Positions 53,358 through 64,000 of a stretch of DNA of 64,000 nucleotides are shown here, piece after piece; positions within the stretch are counted from its first letter, which is position 1; each line of letters starts with the position of its first letter. This stretch comes from Eledone cirrhosa. Lineage: Eukaryota. The position numbers were made by a program, and so were the translations under genes. Below the pieces are notes generated by a model. That model ran no database searches, had not been told where the DNA came from, and was given only the letters and a program-made list of their open reading frames with translations. The DNA lies in contig OZ024740.1 in NCBI GenBank assembly GCA_964016885.1, positions 20,832,001 through 20,896,000 on the forward strand, in the 5' to 3' direction.

Positions 53358-54900
53358 ATCACTACGACCATCACCACCACCATCACCACCACCATCACCA
53401 TCACCATCACCACCACCATCACCACCACCATCACCATCACCACCACCATCACTACGACCATCACCACCACCATCACCACCACCATCACCATCACCATCAC
53501 CATCACCATCACCACCACCATCACCACCACCATCACTACGACCATCATCACCACCATCACCACCACCATCACCATCACCATCACCATCACCATCACCATC
53601 ACCACCACCATGACCACCACCATCACCATCACCATCACTTCCACTATCACCATCATCATCACTTCCACTATCACCACCATCACCACCACCATCACCACCA
53701 CCATCACCATCACCATCACCATCACCATCACTACGACCATCATCACCACCATCACCACCACCATCACCATCACTTCCACTATCACCACCATCACCACCAT
53801 CACCATCACCATCACCACCACCATCACCACCACCATCACCATCAGCATCACTTCCACTATCACCAACACCACAACCACCACCACCACCATCACCATCACT
53901 ACAACCATCACCATCACCATCACCATCACCATCACTCCACTATCACCATCACCATCACCATCACTTCCACTATCACCATCACCACCTCCATCACCACTAC
54001 CATCACCATCACCATCAACAACAACACCACCACTACCATCACTATCACCAATACCATCACCATCACCATCAACAACACCACCACTACCATCACCATCACC
54101 ATCAACAACAACACCACCACTACCATCACCATCACCATCAACAACAACACCACCACTACCATCACCATCACCATCAACAACAACACCACCACTACCATCA
54201 CCATCACCATCAACAACAACACCACCACTACCATCACCATCACCACTACTATCACCATAGCCATCACCAACAACGCCCCCACTACCATCACCATTTCCAA
54301 GAAATCCGACACCATCACAACCACAACCATTACCATCTCCATCAACATCATCACTACCACCACCAACAACAACAACACCAATAGAACACCACCACCAACA
54401 ACACCATCACCACCACCAACAACAACACCAATACATTACCACCACCACCAACAACAACACCACCACCAACACCACCACCACCAACAACAACAACAACAAC
54501 ACCACCAACAACAACAACACCACCACCAACACCACCACCAACAACAACAACAACACCAATACAACACCACCACAAACAACAACAACAACACCACCACCAA
54601 CAACAACACCAATACAACACCACCACCACCACCAACAACAACACCAACACACCACCACCACCACCACCACCAACAACAACACCAACGCAACACCACCACC
54701 ACCAACAACAACAACACCACCACCACCAACAACAACAACAACACCACCACCACCACCAACAACAACACCAGCACCAGCACCACCACCACCAACAACAACA
54801 ACACCACCACCAACAACAACAACACCAACGCAACACCACCACCACCAACAACAACAACAACACCACCACCACCAACAACAACAACACCAGCAACAACACC

Positions 54901-54931
<31 letters not shown>

Positions 54932-55028
54932 CCACCACCACCACCAACAACAACACCAACGCAACACCACCACCACCAACAACAACAACAACACTACCAC
55001 CACCACCAACAACAAAACCAGCACCAGC

Positions 55029-55060
<32 letters not shown>

Positions 55061-55145
55061 CAACAACAACACCACCAACAACAACACCAGCACCACCACC
55101 ACCAACAACAACACCAGCACCACCACCACCAAAAACAACAATAAC
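53358..55145. repeat. 1.8-kb (CAC/CAT/CAA)n low-complexity tract
   Basis: Direct inspection; composition drifts from CAC/CAT to CAC/CAA. Confidence 0.92.
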
Positions 55146-55309
55146 ATCAATGTCTAGCGGTATTTGCCTAAGCTTTTTAAGTTGTTAGTTTAAATAGCAG
55201 CCATATCAACTTTTACCTTATTTCCCCTTCCGGGGTCAATAAAGCAAAGAACAGATGAAGTTCTAAGGTCGATTTAAATAATTAACCCTTGCCTCGTTAT
55301 CTTCAGTTC

Positions 55310-56520
55310 CTTATTTGTGCAACCCTTATCTATGGTCACGAATCTTGGGTAATTACCGAAAGAATAAGATCGCGAATACAAGCGGCCGAAATGAGGTTCC
55401 TCCGAAGTGACATTGGAATAACGTTACTTGATAGAGTGTGTAGCTCGGAAATCAGAGAGTCGCTCCAGGTAGAACCGCTACTTCTTCGAATTGAGAGATC
55501 ACGGCTCTGATACTATGGACATGTGGTTAGAATGTCTCGGGAAAGAATCACTGAATTGAGAGATCACAGCTCTGATACTATGGACATGTGGTTAGAATGT
55601 CTCGGGAAAGAATCACTGAATTGAGAGATCACAGCTCTGATACTATGGACATGTGGTTAGAATGTCTCGGGAAAGAATCACTGAATTGAGAGATCACAGC
55701 TCTGATACTATGGACATGTGGTTAGAATGTCTCGGGAAAGAATCACTGAATTGAGAGATCACAGCTCTGATACTATGGACATGTGGTTAGAATGTCTCGG
55801 GAAAGAATCATTGAATTGAGAGATCACAGCTCTGATACTATGGACATGTGGTTAGAATGTCTCGGGAAAGAATCACTGAATTGAGAGATCACAGCTCTGA
55901 TACTATGGACATGTGGTTAGAATGTCTCGGGAAAGAATCACTGAATTGAGAGATCACAGCTCTGATACTATGGACATGTGGTTAGAATGTCTCGGGAAAG
56001 AATCACTGAATTGAGAGATCACAGCTCTGATACTATGGACATGTGGTTAGAATGTCTCGGGAAAGAATCACTGAATTGAGAGATCACAGCTCTGATACTA
56101 TGGACATGTGGTTAGAATGTCTCGGGAAAGAATCACTGAATTGAGAGATCACAGCTCTGATACTATGGACATGTGGTTAGAATATCTCGGGAAAGAATCA
56201 CTGAATTGAGAGATCACAGCTCTGATACTATGGACATGTGGTTAGAATGTCTCGGGAAAGAATCACTGAATTGAGAGATCACAGCTCTGATACTATGGAC
56301 ATGTGGTTGGAATGTCTCGGGAAAGAATCGCTGGACAGATTTTACGTGTAAAACCAACCATCAGAAACCCAGAGGTACACCCCGAGCAAGATGGTTGGAT
56401 TAGCTGGTCTCACTTGGGGATCCAGTTGCATCAGTTGGAGACTGTTACTTCTGACAGGACCCAATGGATGGAGTGTTTGAGGACTTTGTCCACACGACCC
56501 TCTTCAGAAATAAGTGGGCG
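55310..56520 (+). mobile_element. RTE-clade LINE 3' fragment containing an internal tandem array
   Basis: TLIYGHESWVITERIRSRIQAAEMRFLR...IERSRL, then the array, then the same 3' end as 1280-1480. Confidence 0.85.
55488..56332 (+). repeat. 65-bp tandem repeat, 13 near-identical copies
   Basis: Unit gaattgagagatcacagctctgatactatggacatgtggttagaatgtctcgggaaagaatcact starts at 55488, 55553 ... 56268. Confidence 0.95.
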
Positions 56521-56537
56521 AATAATAATAATAATAA

Positions 56538-56745
56538 TTGTTTCTACTTTAGGCACAAGGCCAGCAAATCACCCAGTGCATTACTGGTACTTTATTTTAT
56601 CGACCCCGTAAGGATGAAAGGCAAAGTCAACCTCGGCGGGATTTGAACCGAGGTTGACTTTGCCTTTCATCCTTACGGGGTCGATAAAATAAAGTACCAG
56701 TAATGCACTGAGTTATTGCTGGCCTTGTGCCTAAAGTAGAAACAA
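56538..56745. repeat. SINE foldback hairpin (arms about 98 bp, 11-nt loop)
   Basis: 56538-56636 is almost the exact reverse complement of 56648-56745; both arms are the 3' part of the abundant SINE. Confidence 0.9.
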
Positions 56746-56746
56746 C

Positions 56747-56779
<33 letters not shown>

Positions 56780-56781
<2 letters not shown>

Positions 56782-59700
56782 TTTCTTTATTAACCACAAG
56801 GGTTTACATAAAGTAGACATTAAGGACAGTGCAGGACAATGCAGGACGGTACAAATGGGCATTTCTGCGTGTAAAAAACAAAAACAGAGGATGTAACAAA
56901 AAATAACAATGAAAAATTCCCCAATAGGGGGCAGTCTTCGGAGGGACATTTGTGGAGAAAGCCCAGTAAAAAGCCACAATGACCCTGACCACCAAGGCAA
57001 GTGCCCTCTCCCAGTTTTCCACCTTTAATTTACAGATATATACTCAGAGTAGGCCCATTCACTCGGGCCATTCTTGCTTCTCTCACCCATCTTTCAACAA
57101 AATGCTGGGAAGAGAGCACTTCCCTCTCTACCCTGATTTTCCTTTTCAAATGAAATTTGAAAAAGTTAATCAGGGTATCACCGAAGAGGTAAGTGCTCGT
57201 CTTCAGCCCTTTCAAACGTGTCCACCATACTATCTCTTTCACCATGGCCATCAGGCAGATAAAAACTGCCTGCCCTTCCCGGCTAAAGGAGGAGGGCGGG
57301 GCAATCCTCACGATGGACTCAGATGATAGCCGGATCCGTCCTAAACGCGACAGCAGGTGTTCGACATAAACCCACAAGTCAGCAATTTTCGGACACTGGA
57401 CGAGTGCGTGCAGGACGGTTTCGTCGCCCTGCGCGCATCTCGGACATGCCCGGCTGACGGCACCTCCATGCCTGTAGAGTTTATCCCGAACTGGCAAAGC
57501 TCCCCGGTAGCACTGCCAGGCCAGGGATTTCTGGAAGTTGTCCATAGGCCCCGGCTCGAAAGTCCTTCCGAAGAGATTGGCTAGTTGATTTTCGTCGACG
57601 CCTAGAGTTTCTACAATTACGTCGTCGCTCTTCCCCTCCACTAATCCTCTATAGAACGCCAAGGTGGAGTTTCCACCGATCACATTGCCCGATTGGTTGA
57701 GGGCTGTGAGCGCCTGAAAACATTCCAGTCTCCAAGCGCTCCTTCTCGGTCTTCGCTTAACCCAGGACTGCAGCTCCGTCAAGGAGACGAGCTGGGGAAA
57801 GACGTGTCTAGCAAACGGCGACCACACCTGATCACCGTCGAGGAAGAGGTGGAGATGTCGTAGCCTGAGCGCGTGTCTGCGCATCATCATCCACGGCATG
57901 CCCAGCCCTCCACGTAGCGGGTGTTGACAGCAGATGGACCGCCTGACCATCGGAGCGCGTCCCTTCCACAAAAAGCGAAATAGCAAACGCTCCAGCGCAG
58001 TCAGGCGGGGCTTAGGACAAGGTACGACGGTCAGGCGGTAGTAGATGACGGACGCGATGTACGCGTTAGCCACCCCCGCTTGACCTTTCAGGGATAGCTT
58101 CCTCTCGGCCCATTTCTGGGTGAGAGAAGCCACCCTGCTCGTCACCTCGTCCCAGATTTTGTCCGTCTGGAGGTCCGGACCGAATCAGACCCCTAGCAAT
58201 TTAAACGGTCCGTCCGTCCAGCGCCCGACGACGCTGTTGGACGGCATGGACCTGCCTCTCCAGGTGCCGAGCTGCAGGCCCACTGACCTTTCCTGGTTGA
58301 TCATTGCTCCTGTCACCGCTTCGTATTCTCTTAGTGTAGTGCCGATCGCGTCGATGCGTTTGGCGTTCGACACCACTACGGTGACATCGTCCGCATATGC
58401 TGACACGGATCTTCCGCATCCTAGTTCGCGCGGGACCCCCTCAACGTCTCCAGTTTGTGCAGTAATGGCCCGAGAGTCAATACGTACAAGAGGGACGAGA
58501 TGGGACATCCTTGGCGGACCGAGTGCATGATGTTGAACGGTTCCGAAAGGTGACCGTTCACTCTCACCACAGAGCAGATGTCGCTGTGCATGGCAGCGAT
58601 CCAGCCTCTGAAGACGGGCTCAAAGCCAACCGCCCTCAGGACTGCCGCTAGGTAACGATGGTCGACCCTATCGAAAGCTTTCGACTGATCTAAATTGATC
58701 AAGGACCCACCCGTGCCATGTTCCCTAGCTACCCTCTCTACGATGTATCGCATGAGGTGGAGGTTGTCGTGGATGGATCTGTCTGGAATGGCGCATGTCT
58801 GCGCCTCTGCCACCAGACCACCAACGACAAGCGCCAACCTCTTTGCTAGCACCTTGGCCAAAATCTTGAACTCTGTGTTTAGCAGAGTTATGGGCCTGAA
58901 ATTATCTAAGTTATCCCCCTTGTTCGGATACTTTCTCAGCAGTGCCACCGCTCCTCGGCTCACAGAGCTGGGAATTCTCCCGTTCTGTTGCCAGTTGCAG
59001 TAGACGTCCACCAAGAGGCCTCCGAACAAGTCTGGCATCTGTACGTAAAGTTCATAGGGCAGACCATCCAAACCAGGCGATTTACCCCTTGTGCAGCCAG
59101 TCATTGCCTCCCGTACTTCAGCGGCTGTTATCGGCTTTTCGCAACACTCCGCCTCAGTGGCCGAGAGCCGCGGCAGTCCGTCGAGGTAGACACTAAAGTC
59201 CATCCCTCGACCCGGCCCACCGCTTCCCCCGAACAGCTGAGCGAAATGTCGCTGAAAAGCTTCCCACATTTGCCCGGGATCAAGTAGCATGCACCCGTCG
59301 TGGTCCACCAAAGACCGGATCGTGGCTTTGTTGCCACGACGCGCCTCCGCCACTCGGGCCCATTGAACGGCTTTCGTCCCCTCGTGTCTGAGAGCACGCA
59401 CCCTAGCTCTGACAACGCAGCCTTCGTGCTTTGCATTGAAGAATTGGTCAAGGGCCAATTTCGCCGCAAGCACGGCGGTCGCGATGCCTTTGCTAAGCGC
59501 CTCGTCTAATTTTCTAACTAGTTCTCCCTCTGCTCTATTTTTCTCTATTGCTAAAGCCTTACTAAACCTAATGGATTCTATTCTAATCGCTCTTTTCAGA
59601 GCAAACCACCACTTGTTGTTGACGATGGCCCCCGTCAACGCCCGCTTAACTAGTTCGCTAATCCGGTCTCTGTAGGCCTTGCGCGCTGGTAAGGGCGCGT

Positions 59701-62640
59701 TTAGCTTCCAGTAGCCGGGTCCTCGTCTATGAAGCCTATCTAAATCAAGCACACAGATCACGAATTTGTGGTCCGTGTAGCTGACTATCTTGAATTGTGG
59801 ACAGCCTATGCTAGACCTATCTATTTCCCTACAAAATACTCTATCTAGATATGATCTGGATGACCCTATGCGATTTGTCCAAGTCCACATTGGCACATTC
59901 GGGAAATCCAATCGGTACCTGTCAGACAGTTCAAAACGCCTGAGCAGGTTGGTGAGGCTCTTGCACCCTCCACCCGTATCCGCTAATCCCACACAATTCC
60001 AGCGTGCATCTAAGATCCCGTTCCAGTCGCCCACTAACACTAAAGAGCGGGACGTTCCAAGAAACGTCTCCAGACGCCGGAAGAAATCAGGCCGCTCTGC
60101 TCCTGTTGGGGCATAGACGGCCACTAGCCTGAAAGCTTTCCCGTCTCCGCTGGTCACGTCCAGCACCACCAACTTACCCTCTGGGTCCAGGAAGATGGCC
60201 CGTATGGCGAGATCCAAACCTCTCCGAAATAGCACAGCAACTCCTCCCCCCGATCCAGGACGGCTGGGAGATGCGTACACATCGTAGCCACCGAAGATCG
60301 GTGCGAAGGCCCATGCTTCGGAGATTCTGGTCTCGCTGATGGCCACTACATCTATGTTTAGTGACCTGAGGCCGTTGAGCAAGTGGCCCTGCTTCCATGA
60401 CGACCCCAAGCCACGCGCATTTATGCTGCCTATTCTGAGTGAGGTCATGTTGAAATGGAGTGGAAAAGATGGGAAAGACCACTCACCTTACTTCTCGTAG
60501 AGGAAGGATGGTTTGTCCATCCTTTTCACTGCTTGTGGCCTCCTCCGGAAGGATGACCTTATAAATCCTCCTGGAGAGTGTTTGTCGGAAGTCTCCGATG
60601 TCTTTGGGGAATTTTTGTTTTAGTGTCGTGTACGTTTTCTGTGTGATGCGAGTGATTTGTATGTGTGGAGGTGGTGTGAACTTTTGGGTTGTTGTGTAGT
60701 CTTTTTCTGTGATGCTGGTGTTGTGTTGCCTGTAGTGTAATAATTGGTTGTTGTTCAAATTTAATGCTGTGTAGTGTGTATCGTTTTGGTTGTTTTGTTT
60801 TGTTTGCGTTTGTTGTGGGTTTGTTTCTGTTACGTTTTTTGGTGACCTTTGTGGTGTTGGTGATGGTGGTGTTGGGGTTAATGATAGTGATGGTGTTGGT
60901 GTTTGTGGTGATGGGGTTGGTGATGCTGGTGTGGATGGTGGCATGTCTGTCCTAACTTTTTTGTTTGATAATGTATTTGTTTCCCCCTGTATTTTGTTTT
61001 TGGAGGGGGAAGGAAGAGAATTTTTTTCTTTTTTGGTTTCTCTTTTTCTTTTTTCCTGATACCGTTTCCCACTCCTCGTCGTCACAATCTGTCTCCAGTT
61101 GAGATAAGCCGGGTATTGGAAAATCCTCCACAGGCGTTGGTTTTGGTTATGGCGTGGTGGATGGTGTAGGCGCTGGTGCTAGTTCTGGCGCGTTGGGTGG
61201 TGGTGGTGTTGGTTTTGCTACTGTTGCAGAGGTTGTTGCTGTTACAGTTGCTTCTGTTGTTGCTGCTACAGTTGTTGGTGCTATTTCTGCTGCTGGTGGT
61301 GTTGATGGTTGAGTCACTGGGGTGGGTAAGAGAGGTGGCCTCAACCTTTTAGCATGAGGGCAGAAAGCCCTTAGGTGGGTTCCTTTACCACAAACGACAC
61401 ACCTAGGTCTACTGCCCTCGACGATTACGGTGAGGTGGCTGCCGTCAGTGAGGTCTATTACCTCTGGGATCTCCTCAATGCTTTTATGGTCCGCTTGGAT
61501 CAGGAGCTCCATCCCAGATCCGGACCAGTTCTCCTGCTTTTCTTTCGCTATTTCAATTATCTTGGTGTTGGCCTCGATGCCGGCGAGGACGGCAGCCATT
61601 AGCCAGGGAATTTCGATGGCCGGTGGAACGTGGGTCACCCTGATCTTCACAAGTCTCTGGCCACAATAGCTTGGGACGAGTGTGAAGTCGTCACTTCTTA
61701 ATGGGGCCATGGAGTGTTCCCTGGCCTCCTGTGGTGTTTCAAAGAACACGTCCACGGTTCCATACTTCTGCCGACGTCTAATGTGGTTTTTTTTTGCCCA
61801 CACATGTCCCAAAGCTTTTCTGGATTTGGGACTCGGATGCCCATTCCACTCGGCGCGATTTTATATTAATTGTCCGATAAGACACGGTGCATAGGCGACG
61901 TTGCTCCATTTTATTAGGTGGGTGGGGGGCTGACCCTGTACCCATGTTTCTTTACCATTCCTTTGGCTTCTTCTAATTCCTCCTGAGTTACCTGGATCGC
62001 TTCGCACGTTTTTGCTACTCTGGCAAAACTCAGGGTAGTTTTCTTAATGTCATTGTTACTGTTGTTGTTATCGTTATTTTTGCTATTGTTAATTTTAGTT
62101 TCAGTTGTGGTGTTCGGTGTGGAAGAGTTCATTTTGGTTGAATTCATTTCGATATCACGAGTTAATTTATTTTTTCTTTTGTTTCTGTTGTCGCTGTGGT
62201 GGTGGTGGGGGTGGTGGGGGTGGTGCTTGTCGCGGTGGTGGTGGTGGTGGCTGCTTTAACACCTGCAGTCATTGGTAATGGCGGGAAATGAACGTCTGCC
62301 TGAGACAAATTTAAAATATTGCTACTGCTTACATTTCCAGTGTTGGCAAACGTAGCAATATTTACAATGGTGGTGTCGGTGTGAGGTGTTAGATTGTGAG
62401 GAAGGAGTGACTCTGAGTCATCCATTATTTTTCAAAGAAAAATTTTTGTTTGATAATTATAAAAAGTTTAAATTTTGGGCTCAAGGCCCCAATATTTTTG
62501 AGTGTCCTTTTCAGAAATCAATGTATGTGCACTTATATACAATTAACAATAAACATTTTCCATAAATGGCAATTTTAAACAACTAAAAATAACAAACCTT
62601 TGCGGAGCTCACGATGATAAGATTTACTACGTAGGTCGCC
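56780..62640 (-). mobile_element. Full-length Tx1/L1-clade LINE (family B), ORF2 frameshifted
   Basis: Same 5' end (ggcgacctacgtag) and 3' UTR as 46013-51991; ORF2 in pieces 58421-60448, 58185-58440 and 57030-58190; (AAT)n at both flanks. Confidence 0.93.
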
Positions 62641-62678
<38 letters not shown>

Positions 62679-64000
62679 GAAGAAGAAGAAGAAGAACCCT
62701 TTCCTCATATTTCTGGACTTGTGTCTATAACCTAAGGCATTCGCCATTGTAATTATTTCCTTTTCTTGACAGGCATGGTATATCTAGGATTACACTATCA
62801 AATGTTCCCTTTTTAAGAGAGTAAAATGTGATTTAAGGGAGATTTTGTCGTTATTTTTATCTGGTCAAGTAACTCCCACCTCACACAAGTAATAATATTT
62901 ACTTATGACTCTTAAATTTGTTATTTCCGAATAGATCAATAAAACAAGTTAATGAGGAGGGTGTTTCACTTATTTTGTACCTAATAATTTGGATGGAAAT
63001 GCGTCGAATCAACAACTCTTTTACTATATATACCATACTGTGATATATATTATTACATTCCACTGTGTATTAAGACGCCATCTTTAATTAAGTGAGGTTG
63101 AACGAGTCTCGTTTTGAAATACGGTCAACTGAATTACATCATGAAAGTCTAACTGCTTTATCAGATGTGATTAATCTTCAAAATACTTTTAAATATTATA
63201 GTACGATTTGATGGCTTATGCATCATCTTATTGAAAATACTTAGGGACACCTTCTGTAGGAAAACATAATAGTAATTTACTATAAATATTTTAGTTGCTC
63301 CGGTGTAACTTGTATGTTAATGAAATCTCGGATGGAATGTTCTACAATATTTGTTCTAGCTCTCTGCGCTTTGAATTCTAATACCGCCGAGGTCGGCCTT
63401 TCAGGGTCAATAAAATGAAGTACCAGTTCAGGGCGATTAATTAGTGCAACCTTTAGAGCGTCGGACACGTTGTCTTATTTCATTTGTTTCGGCTTTTTGA
63501 ATATCAAATCCCGTGGTGGCCTACTTGGATGGTAATCTTAATCCGCATCTCTGACGTCACCACTTGGGTCTTAGGTGCCTTTAGCATATTCCGGTTTGTT
63601 GCAAATATTCCGACCTGGACTCCACTCTGAGAATACCATCCTCATTCCATTCCACTAGTCTCAGAAAACCTGAAACGTTACAGAGAGTACAGTTGCTTCT
63701 CTGACTAAAGGATTTTTTTAAAAGCATTCGTTTTGGCCCTTTGCGCTCTGAGTGCAAATCCAGTGGAAGTTAACTTTGTCTCATATCCCTTGAGGGATCA
63801 ATATAATTGAGAGATGTGGGAAATTAATATTGACTAAGATTGGAAGTACGATAGGTTCACAAAGCTACTACACCTCACAAATTTACATCATACGTCATAT
63901 ATCACCATTATACTTCACAAATATTTATTACCTTTGTACGAGAGGGCTTCAAAGCTCGTGGAATAAGGACAGTTGGGATAAATGGTTTAAGCTATGATGT

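Noticed and set aside
53327-55144. 605-aa His/Thr/Gln-rich ORF
   Set aside because: Stop-free simply because of CAC/CAT/CAA repeats; open in several frames; no ATG context or splice support.
55488-56332. Regular array resembling CRISPR
   Set aside because: Units abut with no unique spacers, derive from RTE coding sequence, and the context is eukaryotic with no cas genes.
62755-62810. Acceptor-like ttttcttgacag as candidate exon 4
   Set aside because: Downstream translation does not resemble the expected MFS continuation and runs into repeat-like sequence.

Overview
AT-rich, microsatellite-dense eukaryotic (animal) genomic DNA. The SINE and repeat make-up recalls an octopod cephalopod, but that is recall-based inference. 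The only host gene I can support is a + strand major-facilitator-superfamily transporter (OxlT/oxalate:formate-antiporter-like). Three small, phase-compatible coding exons are visible (860-968, 17601-17790, 20529-20655); I found no fourth exon, so the rest of the window is probably intron 3. The introns are packed with retroelements. (1) There are five Tx1/L1-clade LINE copies; the four well-preserved ones are flanked on both sides by (ATT)n, one has an intact 1139-aa ORF2, and a conserved splice donor at the end of ORF1 could fuse ORF1 to ORF2 in frame. (2) Four R4/Dong-like RLE LINEs sit in (TAA)n or (TACA)n tracts. (3) There are RTE and CRE fragments and many tRNA-derived SINEs. (4) Numerous Penelope-like foldback elements in (TA)n tracts carry hammerhead ribozyme motifs, including U3-A8 core variants and several unrelated ones with a very long stem II.
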